Shown here: positions 21,815 to 35,089 of the stretch, piece after piece
How the letters are laid out: the number at the start of each line of letters is the position of its first letter
Position numbering within the stretch: position 1 is the first letter of the stretch
DNA from: Octopus bimaculoides
Lineage: Eukaryota
Direction: 5' to 3'
DNA length: 43,834 bases
Assembly (NCBI RefSeq): GCF_001194135.2
Contig: NC_069008.1
Span: forward strand, 12,212,133-12,255,966
Translations under genes and position numbers: made by a program
Notes under the pieces: generated by a model
What the model was told of the DNA's origin: nothing
What the model saw: the letters and a program-made list of their open reading frames with translations, nothing else
Databases searched by the model: none

Positions 21815-22909
21815 ATGGAAAATGAATTTTGTGAGAAATTTAAAACAGATTCTAAAAGTATTGCTTTTCCTGTTGATATAAAGAAAGAGAAAAGAAAAGT
21901 ATCATACCACTGTGATATCTGTAGTAAATCGTTCTCTCAAAAAAGCAACCTTACCACTCACAAACGTATTCATACAGGAGAGAAACCATATCACTGTGAT
22001 ATCTGTGGGACATCATTCTCCCTAAATCATCACTTAATAACTCACATACGTATTCATACAGGGGAGAAACCATATTGCTGTGATATCTGTGGTAAATCAT
22101 TCTCTCAAAACAGTAACCTCATAATCCACAAGCGTATTCATACAGGAGAAAAACCATATCATTGTGATATCTGTGGCAAATCATTCTCTCAAAGTGGGTA
22201 CTTAACTACTCATAGACTCATTCATACTGGAGAAAAAACATATCAGTGTCACGTATGTGACAAATCATTCTCTGGAAGTAATAGCTTAGCTATACACATA
22301 CGTATTCATACAGGAGAGCAACCATATCAGTGTGATATCTGTGGTAAGTCATTCTCTCAAAATGAACAATTAATTAATCACAAACGTATTCATACAGGTG
22401 AGAAGCCATACCACTGTGATATCTGTGGTAACTCATTCTTTCAGGGAAAGTCTTTAATTACACACAAACGTATTCATACAGGAGAGAAGCCATATCACTG
22501 TGATATCTGTGGTAAATCATTCTCTCGGGGAAATGTTTTAACTATTCACAAACGCATTCACACAGGAGAGAAGCCATATCGCTGTGATGTCTGTGGTAAA
22601 TCATTCTCTCATAATGATAGCTTAACTAGTCACAAACGCATTCATACAGGAGTGAAACCATATCACTGTGATATCTGTGGTAAATCATTCTCTCATGGAA
22701 ATACTTTAACAACTCACAAACGTATTCACACAGGGGAAAAGCCATATCATTGTGATATCTGTGATAAATCATTCTATGGAAGTAGTACTTTAACTAAACA
22801 CAAACGCATCCACACTGGAGAGAAACCATATCTCTGCGATATCTGTGGCAAATCATTCTCTCAAAAAGGTCACTTAAGTCAACATGTAAGTATTCATACA
22901 GAACAGTAA
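21770..22909 (+). CDS. Tandem C2H2 zinc-finger protein (ZNF gene 2), 12 fingers; start possibly the second ATG at 21815 (MENEF)
   Basis: Open 379-aa ORF of [14 protein letters not shown] repeats. The ATG at 21815 aligns with the MEIEL start of gene 1. Confidence 0.95.
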   Translation: MKKSTSSRFLKRREIMENEFCEKFKTDSKSIAFPVDIKKEKRKVSYHCDICSKSFSQKSNLTTHKRIHTGEKPYHCDICGTSFSLNHHLITHIRIHTGEKPYCCDICGKSFSQNSNLIIHKRIHTGEKPYHCDICGKSFSQSGYLTTHRLIHTGEKTYQCHVCDKSFSGSNSLAIHIRIHTGEQPYQCDICGKSFSQNEQLINHKRIHTGEKPYHCDICGNSFFQGKSLITHKRIHTGEKPYHCDICGKSFSRGNVLTIHKRIHTGEKPYRCDVCGKSFSHNDSLTSHKRIHTGVKPYHCDICGKSFSHGNTLTTHKRIHTGEKPYHCDICDKSFYGSSTLTKHKRIHTGEKPYLCDICGKSFSQKGHLSQHVSIHTEQ

Positions 22910-24309
22910 CTGTATAGTGTGTACACCAAGTTGAAGTAAATTATAACACAGCAAATCTATGTCTTTGTTTTTCATCATAAAACGTCCTCCTTCCATGCTT
23001 GCATGGGTTGGATAGTTTGACAGGGGCTGGCAAGGCAGAAGCTGGATGCCCTTCCAAACACCAACCACTTTACAGTGCAGACTGAGTGCTTTTTGAGTGG
23101 TGCCAACACTGGGGAAGGTGATCTTATGTCAGATGATGAAAGGTTAGAGTGTGACAAAATAAAAAGAAATATACACAGTATTACAAAACAAATGCTATAA
23201 AAACACACTAATTACCTCAGCCTGTCACTTGCTTACCAGTAGAGAGCTTCAACAACTGCTCTGCTTGATTATCACGTAGCAACTGACCATTGGGCCATTA
23301 CTAAGCTCTATACTCAGTGTTGCCTACTCAGGATAAATTTTATAATAGAAATGGGTGAGAAAAAATGAAATATAGGGGTTTTTGGTTATACAAAATCTGG
23401 ACATGATAGAGAAATTTAGACATTGGATCTGAAATTATCATCAGAGATTTGGTAGGAATCAGTGGTTCACATGTCTGTAACATAAAAAGGAAGTTGAAAT
23501 TTGTTGCCATTCGTCTAATTCTCAACGATTTAGCTATATAACTTTCCATCAGCATTTTTCTTTATCAAGGCGGTGAGTTGGCAGAGACGTTAGCACACCA
23601 GGCAAAATGCTTAGCAGTATTTTGTCTGTCTTTATGTTCTGAGTTCAAATTCTGCCAAGGTTGACTTTGCCTTTCATCTTTTCAGGGTTGATAAATTAAG
23701 TACCAGTTGCATACTGGAGTCGATCTAATCAACTAGCCCCCTCCCCAAGAATGTCAGGCCTTGTACCTAGAGTGGAAAAGAATATTGATCTAATGACCAA
23801 TTTGCTTCTTATATGTTCCAGTAACCTACTGTAATAAATAGTTTGAAGGTGTTCCCGTCATGATCATCCAGTCAGAATATTACTAGAGGATGTTCAGAAT
23901 TAACTGATCACTACCTCATGGAAAACAAAAAGGGTACAGAATTAGGAGTGGGGTGCATGTTGGAGTACTTACATAAATTTAAACTTTTTGAATGAAAAGT
24001 TCTTTCACAATTGCTATTAATGTTGTATATAAGCCAGGAATACCAAAACATGAAGGAAAAAACCCACCTAATTCATTGCCCTTTTCCTTCCGCATGAAAT
24101 TGTCATAAATATTCCACAAGTCTGTTTATGGGGTCGATTCATTCGACTAAAAATTCAAGGTGGTGACCCAGCATGCTGTAGTGTAATGATTGGAACAAGT
24201 AGAAGATGTACGATATATATAATAATAATAATTATTAGAACATAGCATAGCATTACCTTTATTTCCTTAACATATATATAGCTTCAAATGGACCTACACA
24301 TGTTTCTAC

Positions 24310-25140
24310 TACATCGATTATGATATCTGTGGTAAGTCATTCTCCCAAAGATATTCTGTAACTACACACAAATGTATTCATACTGGAGAGAAACCATAAC
24401 ACTGTGATATCTATATTAAATCATTTTCTTGGTCATTTCACTAGACTCAAATGTTTTCATATAGGAGAGAAACCATACCACTGTGATATGTGGCAAATCA
24501 TTCACTCAAAAATATTCTGTAACTGCACATAAACGTATTCATACAGGAGAGAAGCAACATTACTGTGGTAAATCATTCTCTCAAAGATATTTTGTATCTG
24601 CACACAAATGTATTCATACTGGAGAGAAGCCATATCACTAATATCGGTGGCAATCATTCTCTTGTATTGGTCACTTAGCTAGTCACATATGACAAATTTG
24701 TTGTTGGCACTCCGTCGCTTACGACGTCTAGGGTTCCTGTTGATCCGATCAACGGAACAGCCTGCTTGTGAAATTAATGTGCAAGTGGCTGAGCACTCCA
24801 CAGATACATGTACTCTTAATGTAGTTCTCGGGGATATTCAGCGTGATACAGTGTGACAAGGCTGACCCTTTGAATTACAGGCACAACAGAAACAGGAAGT
24901 AAGAGTGAGAGAAAGTTGTGGTGAAAGAGTACAGCAGGGTTCGCCACCATCTCCTGCCGGAGCCTCGTGGAGCTTTAGGTGTTTTCACTCAATAAACACT
25001 CAGAACGCCCAGTCTGGGAATCGAAACCCCGAGTCCGCTGCCCCAACCACTGGGCCATTGCGCCTTCACAATATGACAAATTATTCTCTCAAAAAAGTGA
25101 CTTAAGATGTAGGGATTCATACAGAAAAGTAACTGCATAA
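24310..25140 (+). pseudogene. Decayed C2H2 finger array paralogous to the 3' end of ZNF gene 2, split by a SINE
   Basis: About 5 broken fingers (tgtggtaagtcattctc..attcatactggagagaaaccata) with stops and frameshifts. Ends in attcatacagaaaagtaactg, versus attcatacagaacagtaactg at the gene 2 stop. Confidence 0.85.
24699..25070 (-). mobile_element. Complete tRNA-derived SINE family C with (CAA)n tail and 12-bp TSD
   Basis: TSD atatgacaaatt at 24687-24698 and 25071-25082. Head ggcgcaatggcccagtggtt..gggtttcgattccc; tail ..gtgccaacaacaa. Partial copy at 27245-27400 (+). Confidence 0.9.
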
Positions 25141-26412
25141 ATGTGAAAATTGAGGTTGTGGTAAATAAAGTCCTGCATATTTGTGAATGAAATTGTTTCC
25201 TTTATCAGAACAATTAATTTCATGAATATAAATAATTTCCTGATTTCAATCAAAAGGCCAAATTTTGATGGACTGAAACTAGGACCATCATCATCATCAT
25301 TTAATGTTTGCCTTCCATGCTGACATCTGCTGGCCAAGTAGAAGACTACACCAGGATTCTGTGTCTGTTTTGGCATGGTTTTTACTGCTGGATGCCAACC
25401 ACTTTAATGTGGACTGGATGCATTTTACGTAGCACCAGCACTAACAGGGTCACCAAGTAACTTTGCAGGACAAGGAATGTTTGAGAAGGGAGGGGCATCA
25501 GAGGAGGTGCTTGCTAATCTACCTTTGCTTTCAATCTTTCATTGCATAATACAAATATACAAACTTCTGCTTGAACTACTTTTTTTTGCATTAACGACAT
25601 TCCTTTGAATACCACATTGGATTATTACCAACAGAATGGAAGTGATAAGTGAAAAAAAATTCCCCTGTATCGGAGTGGAAGATCTCAGCAAAATTATTCC
25701 TTCAAAAAATGGTTATAAGTTGTATATGCGAGGCCTTTTAATGTTGAAATATAAAATGAGTGGAAGGTAATTATGGAAAAGTAGATGTTAAAAATGATGA
25801 TTAGGACTGCAACATTTACACATCTATTGAATTCTCTTATGTTGATGGGTGGGAATGAAATACTTTAGAAACGTCTAATGAAGAGTAGATGAAGTTTGAT
25901 TTAAGGCAGCGAGCTGGCAGAAATGTAAGCACGCCAATCAAATACTTAGCAGTATTTTGTTTGCCTTTACATTCTGAGTTCAAATTCTGCCACGGTCAGC
26001 TTTGCCTTTCATCCTTTCAGGGTCGATAAATTAAGTACCAGTTGCATACTGGGGATGACCTAATCAACTGGCCCCCTCCCCACAAAATTCGAGCCTTGTG
26101 CCTAGAGTAGAAAAGAATTTTGATTAGAATTGAACCTACATACAGATTTAGAATTGTATGTGATGGCTGAAAATTCAGTTAACTGACTTGACAACCTAAT
26201 ATGGTAATAAACTAATTTAAAAAGGCATTGGTTGGACAGGGCTGTGAAGGACACTTACCCAAGGTGCCATGCAGCAACATTGAACCTGAATGCATGTGGT
26301 TGTGAAGCAAACTTAGCAACAGATCACTGCCTGGGCCTACAGTCAAATGGTTATTCTAGTAATACTTTTGTTGAACTATGAGGTTATTGAGCAGTGAAAG
26401 GACAAACGTATA

Positions 26413-26467
<55 letters not shown>

Positions 26468-27762
26468 NNNNNNNNNNNNNNNNNNNNNNNNNNNNNNNNN
26501 NNNNNNNNNNNNNNNNNNNNNNNNNNNNNNNNNNNNNNNNNNNNNNNNNNNNNNNNNNNNNNNNNNNNNNNNNNNNNNNNNNNNNNNNNNNNNNNNNNNN
26601 NNNNNNNNNNNNNNNNNNNNNNNNNNNNNNNNNNNNNNNNNNNNNNNNNNNNNNNNNNNNNNNNNNNNNNNNNNNNNNNNNNNNNNNNNNNNNNNNNNNN
26701 NNNNNNNNNNNNNNNNNNNNNNNNNNNNNNNNNNNNNNNNNNNNNNNNNNNNNNNNNNNNNNNNNNNNNNNNNNNNNNNNNNNNNNNNNNNNNNNNNNNN
26801 NNNNNNNNNNNNNNNNNNNNNNNNNNNNNNNNNNNNNNNNNNNNNNNNNNNNNNNNNNNNNNNNNNNNNNNNNNNNNNNNNNNNNNNNNNNNNNNNNNNN
26901 NNNNNNNNNNNNNNNNNNNNNNNNNNNNNNNNNNNNNNNNNNNNNNNNNNNNNNNNNNNNNNNNNNNNNNNNNNNNNNNNNNNNNNNNNNNNNNNNNNNN
27001 NNNNNNNNNNNNNNNNNNNNNNNNNNNNNNNNNNNNNNNNNNNNNNNNNNNNNNNNNNNNNNNNNNNNNNNNNNNNNNNNNNNNNNNNNNNNNNNNNNNN
27101 NNNNNNNNNNNNNNNNNNNNNNNNNNNNNNNNNNNNNNNNNNNNNNNNNNNNNNNNNNNNNNNNNNNNNNNNNNNNNNNNNNNNNNNNNNNNNNNNNNNN
27201 NNNNNNNNNNNNNNNNNNNNNNNNNNNNNNNNNNNNNNNNNNNNNTGTCACGTTGAATATCCCCAAGAACTACGTTAAGGGTACACGTGTCTGTGGAGTG
27301 CCCAGCCACTTGCACGTTAATTTCACGAGCAGGCTGTTCCGTTGTTCGGATCAACTGGAACCCTCGACATCGTAAGCGACGGAGGTCCAACAACAACATT
27401 TTCTAGTGAAGTGTATTTTTGAAGGCATGTAAGCTGTTGCGGGTGTGGAGAGGCAGAAATCATACCTCGCAGCAAATGTGATGACTGAGACTTGAAAAAT
27501 CAGAATAACAAATTTTGTAATATTTTAAGGAATAAATCAGAAAAAATGGGTTTTAAAACATTTATTTACAAATGGAGTTTATTGAGTGCTTTGAATTTGT
27601 TCTATTTTCTGATGAAATGCATTTTTTGAAGATCAGTATGCAGGAGTCATACAAAGCTGGATGATTTGACAAAGGAGACATCCTGTAATTTCTTACCTAC
27701 ATTTTCACTCTGTTCACAATACTTGTTGTACCTACTTGGAGAAAGTCGTTGAACTTTACCAG

Positions 27763-29981
27763 GTCTTGGATTCCAGACCTCAGTCTTGCGAGAGTTGATT
27801 TGTGTTGGCTATAATTTTTGTTGTGTTATTAATATTGTTGTTCATTGCGTTTGCTGGTTTCCCCGTAAGGGAAACATTTAAAAAATCGATTGACAATTTA
27901 GTTGTGTAATGTGACCCTCCCCTTCACAGGGGAGGGAGATATATGCAATTACTACAATATTGAACTTTAAACTTTGCCTAGGAAAAAAAAAAAAAAAGGT
28001 TTAATTTTTTGCATTGATGCAAAATTATGTCTTCGTCAGAAGAAATTGTTTCGAAAAAAATGAATTTTGCCGCCGCTGTAGGCGGACAAGAACATATTGA
28101 TGTGAATATGGAAAAGATAAGGAAATATTTTGAAATGATCTCGGAAGTAAATGGGGAGAGTTAGGTTTCGTCTCCCAGTGAGGCAATTAACAATATTAAA
28201 GAACGTACTATAATATACAAAACAGAAGAAAACCTTCGAATTTTTGGAAGAAAGCATGGTGGAAAAATGCCTCGGGCATGTCATGAAAGAAGTGAAATAT
28301 TTAGCTCGTGGTACCAAATACGCAACAGTTGAAGCCAGGTTTGAGTTGATTGAGAGAGCACAGAATCTCTCGGCTCAAACCCTAACAAGTGGCAAAATAA
28401 TGTTGTTGCCACTTTATCTGGGATGAAGGACGTCCCGGATAAAGATTCAATATATACCGCCAGAGGTAGAAGTAGAGTGTATAATAGAGGAAAAAATCCA
28501 CATAATTCAGGTAACAAGAAATGGCCCAACAAACTAGAAAGGGCAGACCCTTGAGATATTGGTGCAGGCTTCCAGCCTCCACTTAGAAGACTTACCCGAG
28601 TCCATAAACATAAATGACAAAATCATTCCAATCTATTGCGGAAAGAAGGGGCACCTAAGGTCCAAATGCCCGAAAAAGAAGGAAGTTGAGGAACAAAATA
28701 AAGAAGTGGCACCACAGGTTGAAGAGGCAGTCACACAACCAGTGACCACAGTGGCAGCATTGACAGTTACTAAGTCGGTGGCTGACGCAACTAAGAAATA
28801 TAGTCCGATAACCCAACCGGTGTCACCAGAGGTGTCACCAATACGCAACCAACCACCAGTGAGGATGGCACCGATGNNNNNNNNNNNNNNNNNNNNNNNN
28901 NNNNNNNNNNNNNNNNNNNNNNNNNNNNNNNNNNNNNNNNNNNNNNNNNNNNNNNNNNNNNNNNNNNNNNNNNNNNNNNNNNNNNNNNNNNNNNNNNNNN
29001 NNNNNNNNNNNNNNNNNNNNNNNNNNNNNNNNNNNNNNNNNNNNNNNNNNNNNNNNNNNNNNNNNNNNNNNNNNNNNNNNNNNNNNNNNNNNNNNNNNNN
29101 NNATATTCAGCCAACAAGCACAGAAGCGGCACCAAAGGCCACGGAGACTGGCATGAGGTCTGTGACAAGCTCTGAAAACCAAGCCCCTCAGAGTAATGTG
29201 GAGGGAGCACTCGCGAACAAGGAAGCAGCCTTATCAAATGAGTCACCCTCAAGCGAAACAAGTGAGACAAGTTTCAAGGAGGTGACTAGAAAAAGAAGTA
29301 AGAGGAAGGATTCCCCCCTACCTCTGAACATGAAATTGAAAAAAAAAAAAAAAAAATGAACAACGAACCCATATAAAAGCTTAGTAGACTTTAAGAAAGA
29401 CAAAAAGATCATGATACAGTATAGAACGAAGAACAAATATCTAGACGGGGTTATTAAACCCCATCTAGAATCAAATGTGTATTTCTTAAATGATACCAAG
29501 GAGGCCATTACAACTGTACTATGATTTGAGGAAAAGTCATCCAGAAGATATTCAGATATTACAAAACCCAACAGAGATGTTTGACCTGCCGGTTGAACCC
29601 TTCGACGAAGACAGTGGCCAAGTGGAAGAAGACAAAAGGGAAATCCTCTCGAAACGAACCCTTGAAAGATGTGTATAAAGGGAGCTGTGCTTGCATAGCC
29701 AGTCAAAAAAGAAAAAAGAAAAAAGAAAGATAAGATAGAAAGAAGAAAAAGGAAAAAATGAGAAAAAAAAAAGAAGAAATAAAAGGAAAATAACTGGCGG
29801 GTTAATAAATTGAACCCTGAACATTTTCATCTAAATCATTTTAATTTTTAACTTTAAAAATATATAATTAATTTTTAAACTCATACACATCGTCCAAAGT
29901 TTTGCAAGATTTGTGTATGTCTGTCCAAAGTCCTTTGTTTTGTCCCTTCTATGTATAACCTTTATGGTTAATAAAGAAAAA
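27763..29981 (+). mobile_element. ORF1-only non-LTR retroelement (gag-like ORF with CCHC knuckle remnant, no EN/RT), TSD-bounded
   Basis: 16-bp TSD cgttgaactttaccag at 27747-27762 and 29982-29997. Ends aataaagaaaaa. One broken ORF ~28027-29678 (MSSSEEIVSKKMNFAAAVG..KEVKYLARG..LLPLYLG..PPEV..CGKKGHLRSKCPKK..SLVDFKKDKKIMIQY..LSKRTLERCV), followed only by an A-rich 3' UTR. Confidence 0.8.
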
Positions 29982-30049
29982 CGTTGAACTTTACCAGAAG
30001 TATGAATTGCTTTGGTTAACCTATTTAAGATTTGCTCAGCCAAAAAACG

Positions 30050-31050
30050 GCATTAATTCACCCCATATTTCAAACAGGTGTTGCTAATAATGGTGAATAT
30101 GAGAAACTAATAGAGTATTGAAAGACTGAAAAGCAAGAATATTAAATTTTTAAATATTTCAAGGGAAAATACTGAGGAGAAGTGGTATTAAAAAGTTTAT
30201 TTACAATTTTTTAAAGGGATTTTGGGTGATTGTGTTGAATTTGTTTAATAGTTTGAAAAAGTGTACTTCTTTGAAGTTCACCTTTTTGCTGAAAGTGGAG
30301 AGGCACAAGGTGTACAAAGCTAAATGATCCAGTGGAGAAGATAACTTGTATTTTTATGCTTGTCTCATCACATTATCTGAAATTTTCAAAACATTCATTA
30401 TATTTGCATATGGGCAATGGTTGTGCTCAACAATTATATTTTGCAGTATATTTCATCCATTAAAATGTTTGCTTATTGCTTGGCTTCTGAAATTGAATGG
30501 TTTTTCTTGTCTTTGCAGCACCTTTCATAATTATCTTCCTCATAGCCTTTTTTATGAAGGAACAACTTTCCTGAGATCTCTGACTCTGGTGTAGAGAACT
30601 TTTTGTGTAGGCAACCCCTATATTACAACTAGAACAGTATAGTGCCAGACATATTTTCATCAAAGCATTACTTCTTTTAGAGAATGCACCGAACCACCCA
30701 GCAAACTTAGATAACCTTTTTGATAATGTGAGGGCTGAATATATCCCCCAAAATATAACTTCTTTGCTCCAGCCAAAAGACCAAAGTATGATAGCTAATT
30801 TCAAAGTATATTATATGAAAAGAACTTTCAAACAACTTTTGACAGGGAAGAAATTCAGCATAATGGATGCTGTACATAACTTTGAATAGTGCTTGCAAAA
30901 GTATATGGCCAGACTGTATCCATGACATTGCAGAAAGTCTACATCAAATTCAAAAAGATATTGCAATACTTTATAGAAGACAAAGTGATTCAGTTGCTAG
31001 CATCCTAGAGAAAAAATTATCTAACAAGGTGCTGATGCTTTTAAAATAAG
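30050..31050 (+). mobile_element. pogo/Tigger transposase remnant
   Basis: 30660-30840 reads KALLLLENAPNHPANLD..NVRAEYIPQNITSLLQPKDQSMIANFKVYYMKRTF (DDE_1 motif). Boundaries approximate. Confidence 0.75.
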
Positions 31051-31279
31051 AACAAGCTGAAAATACAGGCAAGACAAAAGAAGCTCCACCTACACCACTT
31101 TAATTACAAAAATTATTGCTAAATGTTTAGCAGTTATAGAGGAAGATCTGCAGGTTTTTGCTTATAGTAATCCTAATCATGTAACACAAAAATTACAAAA
31201 GGAGTTTACAATGAGCGCAGTTCCTATTCTGAGCTGTGCAAAGAAATAATGCATCGAGCTGGCAGAATCGTTAGCACGA

Positions 31280-32060
31280 TTGGAAGACGGCCCATTTCCA
31301 ACCTGCACTTTGCAGATGAAAATGAACTGATAGGAAATAGTGAAGCAGAACTACAGAACCACCAAACTGGAAAAACTATTAGGAGCATACAAGATGGAGA
31401 TCAGCTTAAAAAGAGCAAAATCCGGGTTAATAGTAACATCCAAAACACAGCAACTAACATCATGCTAAACTGAGAGAGACTTGATGAAGTGGACACTTTC
31501 AAGTATTTAGGATCCACACTGACCATAGATAACAAATCTCAAAAGGAGATAACAATACTTAGCTTCGCCTCTGCTGCCACGATAAAACTGAACAGCATAT
31601 GGAAAAATAATTCCATTAGTTTTCCAACAAGATCCTGGTAACTTTGATTTTCTTTTATAGGTTTGAGAGCTGAACTCTTACAGCTGACATGGAGTGAAAA
31701 ATCCAGGCATTTGAGCACAAGTGCTTAAAGAGGCTACAAAACATCTTGTACACAGAGCACAAAACGGCTTTGTTTGGCAGCAAGTCAACAAATACACCGG
31801 TAGGTAAGAACCATTCGTTGCTCAGGTAAAAAAACAGAAGCTTGCATGGTATGGTCATGTATCCCGTCACAACTCCCTGCTTAAAACCATTCTTGAGGGT
31901 ACAGTTGATGGAGGATAAAATAGGCAGACAGAAAATCCTGGTTTGACAACATCAAGGACTGGACAGGTCACAACAAAGTGGACCTACTACAATTGACAGA
32001 ACAGAGACTAGTGGTGACAGATGACTATGAAAGCATCGAGAATGGTATCCCAATGACTGG
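31280..32060 (+). mobile_element. RTE-clade LINE 3' half (degenerate RT C-terminus)
   Basis: LHFADENELIGNSEAELQ, KSKIRVNS, EVDTFKYLGSTLT, QAFEHKCLKRL, KLAWYGHVSRHNSLLKTILEGTV, WFDNIKDWTG across frameshifts. Confidence 0.85.
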
Positions 32061-34059
32061 CTGCATCAGTTATTGATGATACCAACCACACAACTGCCAT
32101 TTCCACCACCATTATCGATGCCAGCACAGTCAGTCAACATCAGCTACTACTACCATCCTCACCACCACAACCCTTACCAGTACTTCACCATTACAACCCA
32201 GCAATAGGATGACTAACATCTCTGCCCAACCAAATTCACCAGGAACAACCCTTACCACACCATTCCCAGAATCATTCACCTCTAAATCTTCCGTAAACAA
32301 ACAATTGCCACATATCCCACCCACACAAACAAAATGGTACCCAAAATTCCCTCTGTGAGAGGATGTGTTTGTGACAAGACCGTCTTTTCATTCACCTCCC
32401 AGAAACTAGATGCATCAACTATGGAACATCAATGAACAGACAACCACATCACACTCCTCTTACACAGACAAAACGGAATCCCAATATCTGCCGCTATTCT
32501 CACGAGAGAATATGATTGCAACAAAGCTGCCCTTTTACCCACCTACCAGTAACTAGATGCTCCATTAGTAAATATAGTGGCACTGAGAAAAGTGGTAATG
32601 GTGAGAGTGCTCCCCACAACAGATTCAACTATGCCAAACCTGCTTCTTATTCCAACCACAACAATAACTGTATCACCTACTACAGCAAAAATGATTCCTT
32701 TGCCCATCATAAATCAGGGAACAGACAACCAAGCTAAAAAAACAAAGGTAATAACAACATTGTGACCACATCCAGCAGTGACTCTAGAGACAAAACTTCT
32801 CTTTTAGCCATGCTGAATCTGGCGAAAGAAATTCAGAGAAGTATCCAACCTCTACTACCAATCCAAGGTGAAAAACACCCTTGCTACTGCCATTGAGTAG
32901 CAACAACAAACACAATGAAGCTGCTGCCTTAACGACATTCCTCCTTAAAGCCCAAGGTAACAACCCAGCCATCAGGGCTCAAAAATGGAAAATACCCCAC
33001 ACTGAGGGATGGATTGCAGCACACTCACGTCCAATCCCTTTCTTTGTTCTAACTGAAACCCACCTAAATGACGTTCATTTAGAGGCTGAACTGAAAATCA
33101 AAGACTTCACTGCCATTTGCCCTGATCGGGCAGGCCGAAGAAAGGGTAGAGTTGGTGTTTCCCTCCATGATTCTTTCAGTGCAGAGGCCAAGAACCTTTT
33201 CTCCAACAGTTACTGCAAATCAATCTCTGTACACAACAAGGGTAAAGACCTGCCTGTCATTGGGCTCTACAGACTCCCACAAGCACTCTTACACTATTTC
33301 CAAGTGAAGATGAAATCTTTCCTCCTGCAATGCAACCCAGGAAATATTCTGATGATGGGTGACTTTAACCTATCCTCTGTAGATTGGTCCACTAATATCG
33401 TTAGACCAAGAAGCTTCACCTCAAGCTCAGACAAAGCAGCAGTGGAATTACTTTTCAAATTTATGGATATTTTTTTCTTGTCACAACTTGTCCATGAACC
33501 AACCAGAAACAACCAAAGTGTCTTAGATCTAGTGCTAAGCAATCATGCTAACACTATCCCTAACATCACAGTGGAAAGAACCTGCCTGTCTGATCATGAT
33601 ATACTACTCTATAACCTCAATCTTCAGCATCCAAAAATTTGGCATAAATCACTAACTCCAGTGCACCCATTTGATAACATGAATTTACACAGGTCAAACT
33701 GGAGAGCGATCACTCAAGACTTATCGCAGATGGACTGGTCCTTCACCCTTGCTTCCTCGAATACCACAACAAACACAAACGCATGGCAACTATTTTCTTG
33801 GACACAGTCATCTACATACACTCAAAAACACATCCTCATGACTCATAAATAACAGTAGACGCAGGATTCCAAAACAGAAAAGCGCTCACCAGGAGAATAA
33901 AAAGAATAAACTGAAAAATCAATAATCTAAAATACCACCATCAGCAGCATCACCTCCAATCGAGAACATTAACAACCTTGGAATCAAAGAAGCAACAGCT
34001 GTAGAGGAAGCCTTGGCTATTAAAAACATCAAGAATAATCCTAAGGTTTTTTTTACTAT

Positions 34060-35068
34060 TGTAGTGAACACTTCTCTCACTATAAATATTAACAAGTGCG
34101 GGCGTAGCAGAAAGCAACTCATTCCCTGTCATCACCTGACTGACTATTCTTTGCGCGGGTAAATTATCTCCATTTGCCCCCAGGATGCAAATCGACCAAC
34201 CACAGCCCCTAATAAGGTCACGTGAGAGTGTTTCTTCTAATGCTTTCCTGGAGCCCCTATTTTCCTATAAATAGCCTAAATTATCCCTGCCAATTCGTCG
34301 CGGCTCAGATCTNNNNNNNNNNNNNNNNNNNNNNNNNNNNNNNNNNNNNNNNNNNNNNNNNNNNNNNNNNNNNNNNNNNNNNNNNNNNNNAACACAGCAC
34401 CAACCAACCAGCCAGTTCCAGCGACGACATCGACACCATCGTCCAACTACGACTACAAGCATCGCCGCCAGCGTCAACATGACTCTACACGTACACAAGC
34501 TACCAACAGCTAACTGCAGCTTTTCAGCCGTTTGTGTGAATCGCCTCACCACGAAATTAACAGCCAGAATTCAGCCTGCGAAGAACATCTGTATTCAAGA
34601 ACCCGGCCCGGCATAGAAGCCCTAACATCACGACGAGTGATCGCTCTGCCCCAACGCTTTAACTTCTTATATACAGACACTTACCACTGTGTACTTTAAC
34701 TAAGAACTGGTAAATTCCTTATACGTGTTACTGACTCTTATCAATACTTGTATCTTTCGCATTCACATACATGTATTACTCGCACACTCTTTTGTTTACA
34801 TGACAGCCAGTCTTATGTGTTTTATTATGTCGCATTCACACACACACACAGACATACAATATAATGCTCTAATAAATCTTACTGTTATTCATCTCTATCG
34901 GTTGCGTCCTATCTTGTCCTTCCTGGCATTTCTAAGTTCTCTATGTTATAGAATTATAACATTTATCATTTTATATTTTTTGTGTCGACCGTGTGACGTG
35001 TTGAAAAAGGAGCCCTGTTTTTCCATTCGTCACCATTTCTCCTTTTGGTTCGTACAATCGTTCTTACA
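34060..35068 (+). mobile_element. LTR of an LTR retrotransposon (likely Ty3/gypsy) inserted in the CR1 LINE
   Basis: Starts TGTAGTGAAC and ends GTTCTTACA (imperfect terminal inverted repeat). Internal TATA-like cctataaata (~34264) and aataaa (~34871). Followed by a PBS. Confidence 0.75.
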
Positions 35069-35071
35069 AAC

Positions 35072-35089
35072 TGGTGACCCCGACGTGAT
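35072..35089 (+). other. Primer-binding site complementary to the tRNA-Trp 3' end
   Basis: TGGTGACCCCGACGTGAT, 3 nt after the LTR-terminal CA. Complementary to the eukaryotic tRNA-Trp 3' 18 nt (AUCACGUCGGGGUCACCA). Confidence 0.85.

Noticed and set aside
25020-25070. tRNA-like heads (also ~9961, 11540, 17360-17420, 17770-17830)
   Set aside because: They continue into SINE bodies and tails and lack full cloverleafs; no standalone tRNA gene is supported.
17786-27399. Long 'ORFs' of 100-350 aa at 17786-18743, 19439-19940 and 26356-27399
   Set aside because: They consist almost wholly of N-gap X residues. Only the 18590-18727 flank is meaningful (hAT).
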